From: Candidatus Fokinia solitaria
Lineage (GTDB): Bacteria; Pseudomonadota; Alphaproteobacteria; Rickettsiales; Midichloriaceae
Assembly: GCF_003072485.1 (NCBI RefSeq)
Contig: NZ_CP025989.1
Location: 360,001 to 392,000, forward strand
Direction of reading: 5' to 3'
DNA: 32,000 nucleotides
This document shows positions 9,221-19,769 of this stretch, in pieces; positions within the stretch are counted from its first letter, which is position 1, and each line of letters starts with the position of its first letter. The position numbers and the translations under genes are program-made. The notes under the pieces were generated by a model that was not told the origin of the DNA, searched no databases, and worked only from the letters and a program-made list of their open reading frames with translations.

Positions 9221-9297
9221 ATTGTATTACACATAACGTGAAAGCGCAATAAAATGTGTGATAGTGATAGATAATTGTAAGAATTTCGCGGAGTCGA

Positions 9298-9978
9298 TTA
9301 TAAAAAGCCCATTGTTTGTAGTTTCTGAAGTAGTTCATTTTCAGAGTGCACTATAGGAACGTTCATTTCTTTTATTTTTTCTAAGTACTCATTTCTTTTT
9401 GCGTGACACCCTCCGACGAATGCGAGTACTGGTACCTTAGCGGCAAGCGCTGCACTAATGCCAGGTACACTATCTTCTATAACAACGCAATATTGTGGCT
9501 CTGTATCATGCTGTTTTATAGCGTGTAAGAATAAATCCGGAAATGGTTTCGGTCTCGCTACGTCTTCTGCCGTGAAGATTTTACCTTTGTCAAAGAATTC
9601 GCTTTGTCCGGTATTTTCCAGTATTTTCTCGATCGTACTGAAATTATTATTAGAGGCGATGCATTTTAGAATATTACCATTATGCAATGCTTTTATCACG
9701 TTTAGTATAAGCGGTTGTGATTCTTCTGTTACGGCTTTACTCATTTCGCTTAGCCATTCTTTTGTGAAATGTTCTGGTAAAGACAATCCATGTTCTTCTA
9801 GTAGTGCTGTGATACTTTGAAAATGCTGACCGAAGAGACTTCCAAGTATCTGTTTTGCTTGAGCGTTTTGTATTTCATCAAATGGCAGATTGTCGAGCTT
9901 TTTTTGATTAATTTTCGCTACCACTATCTCGCTATTGACTATCACTCCATCAAAGTCAAATATTACAACTTTATTCAT
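9298..9978 (-). CDS. HAD-superfamily hydrolase (phosphatase / beta-phosphoglucomutase-like subfamily)
   Basis: 226 aa with motif I VIFDFDGVIVNSE and a later IEDSVPGI motif typical of HAD-IA enzymes. Confidence 0.8.
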   Translation of the reverse strand: MNKVVIFDFDGVIVNSEIVVAKINQKKLDNLPFDEIQNAQAKQILGSLFGQHFQSITALLEEHGLSLPEHFTKEWLSEMSKAVTEESQPLILNVIKALHNGNILKCIASNNNFSTIEKILENTGQSEFFDKGKIFTAEDVARPKPFPDLFLHAIKQHDTEPQYCVVIEDSVPGISAALAAKVPVLAFVGGCHAKRNEYLEKIKEMNVPIVHSENELLQKLQTMGFL

Positions 9979-10129
9979 TCATCTTTGTAAATCATAATAA
10001 CCCCTTATTGTGCTTATCAATTTCTATAATATCAAGATATAAAATACATTTACTTGAGATTTAGCGGATAATCAAATTGAGTATATGATTTCTAGTACAT
10101 GTATGTTACGATCTACTAAAAATTAGTTT

Positions 10130-10693
10130 TTGCGCGTGAATCCGGTATATGTATTCGATTGCATAGCAGTATTCGTAATAGTAGTATCTGTATTTGCAGG
10201 GTGGAGTCGTGGTTTTATAGCCTCCGCATTGAGTTTTGCAGGATGGTTTTTGTCTGTATTCTTGACTTATGTAGGATATCCATTTGTTGAGCCTTTTTTA
10301 AGAGAAAGATTTCATTCTGATGTAGTAGTATTTGCTATAGGGTACATTGGTGTATTGTTCGGATTATTGATGATTATAGGGGTATTCAATCTATTTGTGG
10401 TTAGTGCGTTAAAGCCTATTTCAGGTAATATTTTGGATAAATCGCTAGGATTAGTGTTTGGTATTGGAAGAGGAGTGGTAATATGTACCGTCGGATTGAT
10501 CGTAGTATATGCTATATATGCCGCTTATTCAAAGAAAGAGTATCATAAAGCGAAGGACGAGATGTCGGAATTTTTCATTGTAAGTAATGTGTTTTTTGTG
10601 ATAGATAAATCACATGATGTAGTATTTTTGATGATGCCACATCAAATGGCAGATGATATCTTAAAAATTGGATCTCAAAAAGATGACATATAA
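10130..10693 (+). CDS. cvpA: CvpA-family (colicin V production) integral membrane protein
   Basis: 187 aa with four hydrophobic segments. The N-terminus (D.I...V...S...G..RGF) is typical of CvpA. The start is non-ATG (TTG 10130 or GTG 10136). Confidence 0.7.
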   Translation: MRVNPVYVFDCIAVFVIVVSVFAGWSRGFIASALSFAGWFLSVFLTYVGYPFVEPFLRERFHSDVVVFAIGYIGVLFGLLMIIGVFNLFVVSALKPISGNILDKSLGLVFGIGRGVVICTVGLIVVYAIYAAYSKKEYHKAKDEMSEFFIVSNVFFVIDKSHDVVFLMMPHQMADDILKIGSQKDDI

Positions 10694-11141
10694 ACTTAAT
10701 ATATCAAAGAACAGAAAAGCATATCATAATTATACCGTAGATAGTACTTATGAAGCGGGTATAGCGCTGCGTGGTAGTGAAGTTAAGTCACTTCGTAAGA
10801 ATAAGACATCATTAAGTGAATCATATGGAAGTTTAATAAAAGGAGAATTATTTTTGCTAAATTTGCATATACCTCAATATGAATGTACAACCGCATTTCT
10901 ATTAGATTCGAGACGGCCGAAAAAATTATTGCTACATAAAAGAGAAATTAATCGAATCATAGGTAAAATGAAAAAAAATCACTTTACTATAATACCGTTG
11001 GAAATGTATTTGAACGAAAGAAGTTTGATAAAGGTAGCGATAGGAGTATGCAAAGGAAAAACAAACTATGATAAAAGAGAGTCTATAAAGAAAAGAGAGA
11101 TTGAGAGAGAAATGAGAAGAGATGTGAGTAATCAAGAATAA
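10683..11141 (+). CDS. smpB: SsrA-binding protein SmpB
   Basis: KNRKAYHNYTVDSTYEAGIALRGSEVKSLR plus a basic C-terminal tail. I prefer ATG 10683 (MTYKLNISKNRKA) over the track's TTG 10668. It overlaps the cvpA stop. Confidence 0.9.
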   Translation: MTYKLNISKNRKAYHNYTVDSTYEAGIALRGSEVKSLRKNKTSLSESYGSLIKGELFLLNLHIPQYECTTAFLLDSRRPKKLLLHKREINRIIGKMKKNHFTIIPLEMYLNERSLIKVAIGVCKGKTNYDKRESIKKREIEREMRRDVSNQE

Positions 11142-11285
11142 TCCGAATCTTTTGATGGTTAGTTTATCATATAGATATCTTTTTTGAGGCGGCGTACCTC
11201 TTAGATTGTATGTCGCGATCGAATGTCGTATTTGATGATTTTTTGCGATAGTGTTTTCTTTATATCGATGATGACTTCATTCTAG

Positions 11286-12047
11286 TTAATAGAGTATCTT
11301 TTTAAGATATAATCCATGTGGCGGCGCCATCACGTGACATTCTTTCCTTGATTTACTCTCTAAAACTGTGAGCAATTTTGTAATATCCCACTTTCCTGCA
11401 CCTACACAGAACAATCCTCCTACTAGTAATCTGACTTGATTATGTAAAAAAGATTTTGCGCCAAATTCTATACTAATAGTTTTTTCTAGCGGAAAGTTAG
11501 ATTCTGAGATGTTGATGTAATCGATAGTCCTTATAGGAGATTTTGCTTGGCATCTTGGAGAGCGAAAAGCGGTAAAGTCGTGAGTGCCTACAAGTATAGT
11601 GGCTGCTTCCATCATTGCAGATACATTTAACTCAAGGTTAAAAATATGCCATACTCTTCCGTAAAATAATGCGGTAGGTGCATCGCGATTCAATATATTA
11701 TAGCAATATATGCGTTGTTTAGCAGAAAGTCTTGCATCAAAAGAAAGATCAACATTCTCTATACTGAGTACTATTATACCTGTGTTTTTTAAAAAATAGT
11801 TTAGAGTTGTGCAAATTTTTTTCAGCTTTAAAAGTATATCAGTATCAAAATGCGCCACTTGGTTGATAGCGTGTACTCCGCTATCAGTACGTCCAGCAAC
11901 AAATAATGATATATTTTTCGAAAGAACAGCTAAAAGAGTATCTTCTAATTTTTGTTGCACACTTATACCATGAGAAGATGGTTGTTTTTGCCATCCTATA
12001 AATTTGGTGCCATCATATTCTAACTTCATCTTGTATCTATATAGCAT
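11286..12047 (-). CDS. truA: tRNA pseudouridine(38-40) synthase TruA
   Basis: 253 aa with YDGT.F.GWQ.Q and the catalytic-Asp motif GRTDSGVHA. The start may instead be the internal ATG at MKLEYDG. Confidence 0.9.
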   Translation of the reverse strand: MLYRYKMKLEYDGTKFIGWQKQPSSHGISVQQKLEDTLLAVLSKNISLFVAGRTDSGVHAINQVAHFDTDILLKLKKICTTLNYFLKNTGIIVLSIENVDLSFDARLSAKQRIYCYNILNRDAPTALFYGRVWHIFNLELNVSAMMEAATILVGTHDFTAFRSPRCQAKSPIRTIDYINISESNFPLEKTISIEFGAKSFLHNQVRLLVGGLFCVGAGKWDITKLLTVLESKSRKECHVMAPPHGLYLKKILY

Positions 12048-12625
12048 GGTATATTGCGGTATGTTTTTTTTTAATCTGATTTTCGAAATAATCTATGTAC
12101 TTTAGATTATAACAGATTTTGATCTTTTCTTGATAGTATGAAGCATATTGCTATTTGAAATAAGTTTTTCAGATTATTTTTACAATAAGGGTATAAATTG
12201 CAACATTACAATAAGATAGCAGGAGAAATATATGGATCTCGCATGAAGATACCGAAGTAGGTGAGAGTAGTGCTAATTGAAGAATTTTTGTTTTTTTAGA
12301 AGTATAATTGAATGGTATAATGAACAGTAAGGAATTAACCAAAATAAGAGAAATTTTCACAGTATTGCGTACAGTGATTTGATACATCTGAATAGCTTCG
12401 TTTCTACTTTTCATGAAGAGATTAAAGTAAGAATAGCGAAACTTTAGAGGCATCAGTAAAGCTTTATTTTCTTTGTACTGAAGGTAACGACATATATCTT
12501 GTTGTGATGAGAGCGCGTTAAAATCCGCATTACTTGTAGAGATATACTTCTGCTTCAGTGCGCAAAAAGTTAGTGATAACTTTACACTAGAATTCTAAAA
12601 ATGCTTAACTTTAAAGCGATAGTAA

Positions 12626-13606
12626 CTAGCCTAAGTCCGTAATAAATATCGTACTCTCAGGAAGAAGATCTTGATTGATCTTGAAAATTTTCATCTGTTT
12701 CTCGCTGATATATGAAGTATAATCTTTCATCTCCGGCTGTAATGGAGGAAAGTTACCATTCTTATTTTTTAAAATGCTTAAAGCAAGTTGCGCTGTTTTA
12801 AGTCCTATATTTCTGTAATTAATGCCAAAGCTAGCTAATGCGTATCCGTCTACTACTGCTTTATTATCAGAATTTATTATCGGTATACCTAACTTTTGAC
12901 ATTCTTGCGCAATTATTGGTATGGCAGGTTGTATCACTCCACTTGTGCCAACGTATAGGAAATCGATCTTATTTTTGAATTTTTGTAATTGCATTTGTAT
13001 ATCCTGTGCTGAATGTACAGGGTAAGACACTAATTCGAAATTGCTATTCATAGACGCACTCTTCATTTCATCCAGGAGATGAGAATCACTCGCTTCTCCG
13101 GTGCTATACAACATTCCGACTCTATGCGCATTTGGCATGATTTTTTTCACGAAATCTAACATGAAGCTAAGATTCTGTTTTTCAGAAACGCCAGTGACAT
13201 TACGTAAAGGATGTTTAGCATCTGTCAATATACCAGCCTTTACCGGATCATTTACTGCTGTAAATATTACTGGTATATCTCTTACCATGCGCTTTGCACT
13301 TTGCGCCACCGGAGTAGTGATTGCAATCATCACTTCTGGTCTGAGTGAATGCAGATATGCTACTACTTGAGGAATTAGCAATTGATCAAAATTTGCATAT
13401 TCTACTTTATATGTGATCTTCCTTTCTCCTTCTCTATTTTCTTTTGCAATTGCTTTAAAGATTTCATCTGTTATCTCATCTAAAGAGCTATGCATGCCAT
13501 AACTAGCGATACCGATAACTGTACTACTTCTTGTATGGAGTAGAATGTACACTACTGAAATTAGTGTCGCACTGGCAAGAATAAAAAGAAAAGCTTTCTT
13601 AGCCAC
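12626..13606 (-). CDS. ABC-transporter substrate-binding protein (ABC_sub_bind / PF04392-like), with a signal or anchor peptide
   Basis: 326 aa with an N-terminal hydrophobic segment. Its layout (IGI...........VGMLYSTGEA.S......) resembles the 'putative tryptophan/tyrosine transport system' binding proteins. GTG start. No permease or ATPase gene is adjacent. Confidence 0.65.
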   Translation of the reverse strand: MAKKAFLFILASATLISVVYILLHTRSSTVIGIASYGMHSSLDEITDEIFKAIAKENREGERKITYKVEYANFDQLLIPQVVAYLHSLRPEVMIAITTPVAQSAKRMVRDIPVIFTAVNDPVKAGILTDAKHPLRNVTGVSEKQNLSFMLDFVKKIMPNAHRVGMLYSTGEASDSHLLDEMKSASMNSNFELVSYPVHSAQDIQMQLQKFKNKIDFLYVGTSGVIQPAIPIIAQECQKLGIPIINSDNKAVVDGYALASFGINYRNIGLKTAQLALSILKNKNGNFPPLQPEMKDYTSYISEKQMKIFKINQDLLPESTIFITDLG

Positions 13607-13676
13607 GGATTTGGCAAAACTTTAAAAAGAAGGCAATTATAGCCTTATATAAGATAGTTTCAAGTACTTATTCGAT

Positions 13677-14030
13677 CTACTTTGTTATTTTTATCAATTT
13701 TGTTCTTGAAGTTATTCCTTTTATAATAGTTATATCACCTTTTGAAATATTGAAATAAGTCGCTAGTAATCTGATAAGTGCATCATTTGCTTTGCCATTT
13801 TGAGGGACTGCATTGACTTTAATTTTTAATGTTTTATTGCCAAAAAGATCTTGCTCAAATCCTACAACTTCATTCTTAGAAGCATTTACTATCACTTTTA
13901 CCTCTATTATCACTTTACATATTTTTAAAATATGATACAGGCGTACTTTACGAGAATTATACCTCGCTTTCCAGTATGAAGCATGTAAAACCTTGTTTTT
14001 TGGAAGATGGAAGAAATTTTTGCAAAACAC
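13677..14030 (-). CDS. DUF167 (YggU-like) protein; the true start is probably downstream of the track's GTG
   Basis: The C-terminal ~95 aa ([14 protein letters not shown]....[20 protein letters not shown]......[16 protein letters not shown]) match the YggU pattern. The first ~25 codons have no counterpart. Confidence 0.7.
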   Translation of the reverse strand: MFCKNFFHLPKNKVLHASYWKARYNSRKVRLYHILKICKVIIEVKVIVNASKNEVVGFEQDLFGNKTLKIKVNAVPQNGKANDALIRLLATYFNISKGDITIIKGITSRTKLIKITK

Positions 14031-14088
14031 ACTTGTTTTTATAAGTTAGTGCCAATACATCTGTTCTAATCTATTTATCGTATTTGAA

Positions 14089-16014
14089 ATGGAGAGTAGA
14101 TTTTTTTCTTATATTTTATCAGCTATCTTATACCTTACGCTTCTTTCGAATGTTGCGTACGCTAGATGGGAATCAGTTGAAGATGTGCACGTAAAATGTA
14201 AGTTATGGAATGTTGATATACATGTTGCTGCTGACGGTAAAGCAGAAGTGCAAACAACTGAAGAATATGAGATTGTAAATGAAAGGGCGCGGAAAGAATA
14301 CGGAACATATACTTTGTTATATGGAGAAAATTCTAGCAAGATAGAGATTTTAGAGGCGAAAGTTATAAATGGTAAAGAATCTTATGAAGTGTCCAAAGAT
14401 TCGATAGAAATTAAGCCATTGGCAAGTAGTACCATAGGATTTGATGATGTTATTCAAGTCATTGTGTCATTTCCTAATGTAAAGGTAGGGAGTAAGTTAT
14501 TTTTGAAATATAAGAAAAGCATCTTCAAGCCTGTACACTTGAATCATTACATCAATTCGCTGTTTTTAGGTTCTGTTTATACTGAAAAATTCAAAATGAA
14601 CTTGCATTCAGAAATTCCGTTAAGATTTTCTGTCAATGATCCGGATAATTACTTCGCGATAAAAAGCGATTTAGATGAGAAATCTAAGAGGGCGAAAAAT
14701 ATTACACTTACGCTTAAAAAGCCTGTTATCATACGTGTTACGGAAGAGAATGATTCTTATATTAGCATAGAAAATTATCCAGCAGCATTCTTTTCATCAT
14801 TTGAAAATTCGCAAGAATTCGGTAATTCATTTACTCCAAGATTTGAAGGCGTTATATCGGAGGAGTTACCTCCATTGCTTCAGGAGATAAAAACACAAGC
14901 TATGAAATGCACCGATATTATCACGAAGCTTAACGTAATTACCTCGTTACTAAATGAAAAAGTGAGATATATGGGAGATTGGCGAGAAGTAGAAGGAAAA
15001 GTATTTCCTCGTAGCTTGAAAAAAGTTGCTGATACAGGGGTTGCAGATTGTAAAGAATTTTCTTCTTGTGTCGCAGCAATCTTAAGAAAGATGGGGATGG
15101 AAGTGAATGTGGCATTAGTGCATCGAGGAAAGATATATCAGAGTGGCAGTAGTAGCGGAGGAGAAGCACTGATGTATGAATGCAATCATGCGATAGTACG
15201 AGTAAAGGAGGGCGGTAAAGTATACTGGATAGATCCAACAAACTTTATCAGCATGGCAGATGGTATATTTAGTGATATCAGCGGAAGAGGAGCGATAGTA
15301 TTGAAGGAAGGAGGTGCAATAGTAGATAATATACCGGAAGTAGATTATACACATGCAGTAACGAAGATAGAATCGAAAGTAGAGTTATTGAATAAGGAGA
15401 AGAGAGAGGTACATGAAGAGGGAAAGATAGAGGTGTGTGGAGAGAATGCAATACCATTTACAGGAGCAGAGCTACTATATCCTAGAAACGCTATAGAACG
15501 TGCATTGTTTTATATAATAGTAGAGGGTGTAGGTGAAACAACAGACTATTCTTCTCTTAAAAAGAAAGCTATCCATATTCCTTCCCTTACTTCTAGAAAT
15601 GTGAAAACTATCCCTATTAAGTATAGTTATATCATTCCTAATGCTTACTCTATAACGAATATGGGCTTTGGTGCTTCTATACAGTGGTCAGAGTTCGAGC
15701 AATACATAAGTGTTTTTGATGATAGAGTGAGTAGCTTGTTTGTGCATTCACCTTATTCTATTTTTTCAAAAAAGCTGTTTCTCAATATGAGTGCAGAGAA
15801 TCTGCAAATTTTGAATTTTCAGATCACTTCTCCGTGGTTAATAGCTAAACAATCGGTAAAATCAAATGGAAAAGATTTAGAAATACAGAGAGAGTTACAC
15901 GTATTAAGAAAAATCATCACTCCGAAAGAAATGCACTCTAAAAGCTTTCGTGATATGCAAGAAGAGTTACGAAAACATGCAGAAGTGGTATTAATATTTA
16001 ACGCTAAACAATAG
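14089..16014 (+). CDS. Secreted transglutaminase-like cysteine protease-fold protein (DUF3857 + transglutaminase-core architecture)
   Basis: 641 aa with an N-terminal signal-like peptide (ILSAILYLTLLSNVAYA). A candidate Cys-His-Asp core is present: GVADCKEFS, CNHAIV and YWIDPT. Confidence 0.65.
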   Translation: MESRFFSYILSAILYLTLLSNVAYARWESVEDVHVKCKLWNVDIHVAADGKAEVQTTEEYEIVNERARKEYGTYTLLYGENSSKIEILEAKVINGKESYEVSKDSIEIKPLASSTIGFDDVIQVIVSFPNVKVGSKLFLKYKKSIFKPVHLNHYINSLFLGSVYTEKFKMNLHSEIPLRFSVNDPDNYFAIKSDLDEKSKRAKNITLTLKKPVIIRVTEENDSYISIENYPAAFFSSFENSQEFGNSFTPRFEGVISEELPPLLQEIKTQAMKCTDIITKLNVITSLLNEKVRYMGDWREVEGKVFPRSLKKVADTGVADCKEFSSCVAAILRKMGMEVNVALVHRGKIYQSGSSSGGEALMYECNHAIVRVKEGGKVYWIDPTNFISMADGIFSDISGRGAIVLKEGGAIVDNIPEVDYTHAVTKIESKVELLNKEKREVHEEGKIEVCGENAIPFTGAELLYPRNAIERALFYIIVEGVGETTDYSSLKKKAIHIPSLTSRNVKTIPIKYSYIIPNAYSITNMGFGASIQWSEFEQYISVFDDRVSSLFVHSPYSIFSKKLFLNMSAENLQILNFQITSPWLIAKQSVKSNGKDLEIQRELHVLRKIITPKEMHSKSFRDMQEELRKHAEVVLIFNAKQ

Positions 16015-16173
16015 AAATTGTTCTAAACGTCCTTTATTTCCTTGGTAAATTGAGAAAAGCTGAACATTATGTAAGGAAATAGTATCATCTTAAGAAGTGC
16101 CGTAATAAGTAGAATTCTCAAGAGAAAAATGTTATAAAGTTTGTTGAAATTTACTTACTCTTATATCAGGAAA

Positions 16174-17259
16174 ATGACTACTACTTTCAAAAAGGACTCT
16201 AATAATCAAGAAGGGCGCGATATTGCATTGAAAACAGCAATATCTGCTATAAAAAAAGCGCATGGTTCAGGAGCAATAATGGTGCTTGGCGAAGAGAGAC
16301 AAGAATTTGTAGAAACTTTTCCGAGTGGATCTATAGGATTAGATATAGCACTCGGAAATGGCGGCTTTCCAAAAGGTAGGATAATCGAAATTTACGGATT
16401 AGAAAGCTCTGGAAAAACTACCATTGCGCTGCAAGCTGTAGCTGAAGTGCAAAAAAGAAATGGTGTTGCAGCTTTTATAGACGCAGAACATGCTTTCGAT
16501 AGATCTTACGCCTCAAGAATCGGAGTAGATGTTGAGAATTTAGTCGTTTCTCAGCCCGATTATGGAGAACAGGCATTGGAGATCGTAGATACGTTAACAC
16601 GTTCTGGCTCTGTTGATATTATAGTAGTTGATAGTGTGGCGGCTTTGGTACCTAAAGCTGAGATAGAAGGTGAGATGGGAGATCAGCATATGGGATTACA
16701 AGCACGTTTAATGAGTCAAGCTTTGAGAAAACTTACAGGTGTAATATCAAAGAGTAAGTGCACTCTTATTTTTATCAATCAGATTAGAATGAAAATAGGA
16801 ATCTCTTTTGGCAATCCTGAGACAACTACTGGTGGTAATGCGCTAAAATTTTATTCTTCGATTAGGTTGGAAGTGAGAAAATCTGAATCGATAAAAGATA
16901 AAGAAGAATTTGTCGGTAATAGAGTAAAAGTTAAAGTCGTGAAGAATAAACTTTCTTCTCCGTTTAGGATAGCAGAATTTGACATAATATATGGCGAAGG
17001 TATATCTAAAGTAGGTGAGTTAGTAGATATTGGCGCGGATATGAGTATCGTGGAAAAAGCTGGAACTTGGTATTCTTATAACGGAGTGAAGATAGGGCAA
17101 GGACGCGAAAATGCAAAAAGATATCTTAAAGAGAACAGCGCAGTAGCGGAAGAGATTACTGCTAAAATAATGGCAGCTACCTCTCAAAATCAAACAGTAT
17201 CCTTACGTGAAGTAGAGGAGCATGCAGATGAGGCAAACTTAAGCGATCTCGAAGGATAA
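16174..17259 (+). CDS. recA: Recombinase RecA
   Basis: Full-length match to the RecA pattern ([47 protein letters not shown]). I prefer ATG 16174 over the track's TTG 16141. Confidence 0.96.
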   Translation: MTTTFKKDSNNQEGRDIALKTAISAIKKAHGSGAIMVLGEERQEFVETFPSGSIGLDIALGNGGFPKGRIIEIYGLESSGKTTIALQAVAEVQKRNGVAAFIDAEHAFDRSYASRIGVDVENLVVSQPDYGEQALEIVDTLTRSGSVDIIVVDSVAALVPKAEIEGEMGDQHMGLQARLMSQALRKLTGVISKSKCTLIFINQIRMKIGISFGNPETTTGGNALKFYSSIRLEVRKSESIKDKEEFVGNRVKVKVVKNKLSSPFRIAEFDIIYGEGISKVGELVDIGADMSIVEKAGTWYSYNGVKIGQGRENAKRYLKENSAVAEEITAKIMAATSQNQTVSLREVEEHADEANLSDLEG

Positions 17260-17274
17260 TTTTTCTTTACTGTA

Positions 17275-18216
17275 GTGAGAGTTGATTATCAGTATTTCTT
17301 AGAAGCTACCGTCCGAGCTGCTATTGCTGCAGCTAAGAGTAGAGGAAAAGGCGACAGCAAGGCATCAGATGCCGCTGCTGTGGATGAAATGCGCGCATAT
17401 CTAAACGGATTGAGTTTTAGATCGAGGGTGATAATAGGAGAGGGGGTAAGAGACAATGCACCAATGCTGTTTCGAGGAGAGGTGTTAGGTATTGATGAAG
17501 GAGAATTATGCTGCGATGTTGCTGTTGATCCATTAGAGTGTACTGATTGTTGTGCAGGCAATAAAAATGGCGCTATTTCAGTAGTCGCTGTTTCTGATAT
17601 AGGCGGTCTTTTGGAAGCAGATGATGTGTATATGTATAAAATCGTGTATGCAGTAAATGATGCTATACCTCATGAAGTAGATGCCGATACCTCTTTAGAG
17701 GATATTTTATCTATCGTCGCTACTAGTAAAGGGAAAAAAATTTCCGAATTGTGCGTATGTATTCTGAATAGAAAGCGGCATCATGGTATTATAAAATTAC
17801 TCAGAGAGATGGATGTTACAGTGTCTTTAATAGACGATGGAGATGTGCTTGCTTCGATTATGGCTGTTATGCCAGATTTTGATATTGATATATATGTTGG
17901 TGTAGGAGGTGCACCTGAAGGTGTAATATCTGCTGCTGCTATAAAAGGACTAGGTGGAGTGATGCACGCTAAAATGCTTCACGACATTTCATCTGAGACT
18001 GAAATCGATAAAGCGCTGTTAAAACAATATCGAAATATGACACTTAGTGATTTATCAAAAGATGAAAGTGCTGTGTTTATCGCTACTGGAATTACAGATA
18101 ACGCAATGATGAAAGGTGTGATATTTGAAGGCGAGAACGTTATTACTGAATCAATTGTGATTGAAGTAGCTACCTCTAAAATGATGAAAATACAGATTAA
18201 AAAGCGCGCGAAGTAG
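17275..18216 (+). CDS. glpX: Class II fructose-1,6-bisphosphatase (GlpX)
   Basis: 313 aa with a GTG start. It has the GlpX-type motifs RGKGDSKASDAAAVDEMR, IGEGVRDNAPML and GVGGAPEGV. Confidence 0.88.
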   Translation: MRVDYQYFLEATVRAAIAAAKSRGKGDSKASDAAAVDEMRAYLNGLSFRSRVIIGEGVRDNAPMLFRGEVLGIDEGELCCDVAVDPLECTDCCAGNKNGAISVVAVSDIGGLLEADDVYMYKIVYAVNDAIPHEVDADTSLEDILSIVATSKGKKISELCVCILNRKRHHGIIKLLREMDVTVSLIDDGDVLASIMAVMPDFDIDIYVGVGGAPEGVISAAAIKGLGGVMHAKMLHDISSETEIDKALLKQYRNMTLSDLSKDESAVFIATGITDNAMMKGVIFEGENVITESIVIEVATSKMMKIQIKKRAK

Positions 18217-18798
18217 AAATTCAAGATGCGAAGAGAGTTGAAAGATAATCCTGTTGAAACAGTACTTATCTGCTTCACATATAAGTTATAGAATACAAAC
18301 TGAATGCACTTGTAATTTTCTGATCTTAGTAAAATAGCAAAAACTTGACTGATTATATTACTGATGAGTGCGATATCATAGAATAGTTCGTTAGTGATGT
18401 AATAGATGTCAGCGAATATATAGCCGATACTTATTGCATTATGAATCGCTATCTGAACAAGATTTCGAATTATTTGGCGCTAAAAAAAGAAGCGAAGAAG
18501 AAGAGAGGTAAGTACCGAAGTAAGAATTAAGCTTATACCACTTTCATAGATTATGCGTGAAAGAAAGTTATGCAATGGTGACGAAAAAACTAAAGAACGG
18601 TATCGAGAAAATTTTAGAAAATTCGCTATGAAATGCACGAGATTTTACTGATAAAGCATATAAAAAGACGTGAAGAGACAGAGTAAAGAAATGGATAGAA
18701 CGGATTGTGTTGCAATTTCTTGAATACTTAAGCGCTTTCTTATATAAGAGAGTCGGTAAAAAGTTTCTCGTATCTCTATTTCTCGGTACTTCTCTGTA

Positions 18799-19749
18799 AT
18801 GAAATATTATAACTGGATTCTGGTGACAGTCGTAGTTGCACTACTTCAACCGATTACTATAGCTTCAGCAAAGGGTAGAATACAATCTAATGTAGGGAGA
18901 CAAGAGCCGCCACTTTTCAGTACTAAAGAGCTGCTGAAATTGAAAAAACAAATAGATGCTTATGAAACAGTGAATTATTATTTGTACCAACATGGTATAG
19001 ATAATGTCACTAGGGAGAATGCTAAGGCGCTTATGATACTAGCAAGGAGGTGGGCCCCTTATTTAAAAATGGTAAGAAGAAAGGAGAGTATTCTATTTGC
19101 AGGACAAGCTAATTGGATAGGCTGTATTGCAGAGTTCGGTATGAGTAAAATAGAGATGAAGAAGTATTTACATAGAAATGGACTTGCAGAACACGAGGCT
19201 TGGGAGATGACTGCCCTTATGGAGATGACTGCCCTTATGGAGATGATTGGCCGTATGAATTTGAGCAGCCGCGAGATGATGGTGTATTTTTGCAATGGAT
19301 TTACAAAACGCGACGCTTTCTGTATAGCGGCCTACATGAGTTTAGTACATCAGAATTTATTACAATATGTAAAAAAGCGCAAAATGCCTAAAGATCAGAT
19401 ATCGAATACAGAATCGATGGTGCTGATGTACCTTCTCTTCTTATCAAGTCCAGACACGTTAGAGAAAATAATAGATAATGAATTGAAAAATAGAGATGAG
19501 TATACCATAGAAGAACTAAAGACTACTCTTCTGCAAAATCCAATATTTACCGACGAAGAAAAAAAAGCATTCTTCGAAAAAAGTGCATTCTTCAAAAATG
19601 ATGTACTAGAAGATTATGATGGCGATGATGAAGTTTATAAAGAGATATATAGGGAAGTATATAAGAAAGAGCCTAAAATAAAAGAGGAGCCTTCTACTAC
19701 TGCAGCTAATACGGACAATATCTCTTCCGATTCTATGGAGAATACATAA
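18799..19749 (+). CDS. Hypothetical secreted/exported helical protein (orphan)
   Basis: 316 aa with an N-terminal signal-like peptide (ILVTVVVALLQPITIASAKG). It has an internal EMTALM tandem repeat and an acidic/lysine-rich C-terminus. I recognise no family. Confidence 0.55.
   Translation: MKYYNWILVTVVVALLQPITIASAKGRIQSNVGRQEPPLFSTKELLKLKKQIDAYETVNYYLYQHGIDNVTRENAKALMILARRWAPYLKMVRRKESILFAGQANWIGCIAEFGMSKIEMKKYLHRNGLAEHEAWEMTALMEMTALMEMIGRMNLSSREMMVYFCNGFTKRDAFCIAAYMSLVHQNLLQYVKKRKMPKDQISNTESMVLMYLLFLSSPDTLEKIIDNELKNRDEYTIEELKTTLLQNPIFTDEEKKAFFEKSAFFKNDVLEDYDGDDEVYKEIYREVYKKEPKIKEEPSTTAANTDNISSDSMENT
19204..19257. repeat. 18-bp in-frame tandem repeat (gagatgactgcccttatg x2, plus a degenerate third copy)
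   Basis: Read directly: 19204..19221 is identical to 19222..19239, and 19240..19257 is diverged. It encodes EMTALM EMTALM EMIGRM. Confidence 0.9.
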
Positions 19750-19769
19750 AAGCCTTCTATTGGCCTTTT
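19748..19769 (+). terminator. Possible weak intrinsic terminator after ORF 18799..19749
   Basis: AAAAGCC-ttctatt-GGC(C)TTTT forms a hairpin with one bulge. It overlaps the stop codon and is followed by T-rich sequence. The stem is short and AT-rich. Confidence 0.3.

Noticed and set aside
12169-12453. A 94-aa minus-strand ORF in the truA / binding-protein gap.
   Set aside because: The translation is low-complexity and hydrophobic (I/L/F/S/K rich), as expected from random AT-rich DNA. It has no motif and no convincing start context. The region may be decayed operon DNA instead.
10668-12625. I looked for tmRNA (ssrA) or tRNA genes near smpB and in the other larger gaps (7944..8235, 12048..12625, 18217..18798, 20491..21003).
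   Set aside because: I saw no acceptor-stem/T-arm (GGTTCGAATCC-like) signatures or GC-rich structured segments. I cannot run tRNAscan or Infernal, so small ncRNAs are not excluded.
16015-16173. I looked for a LexA/SOS box upstream of recA. GTTC-taaacgt-CCTT at ~16022 resembles the alphaproteobacterial GTTC-N7-GTTC box.
   Set aside because: The second half-site does not match. No CTGT-N8-ACAG type box is present either, so there is no support for an SOS operator.
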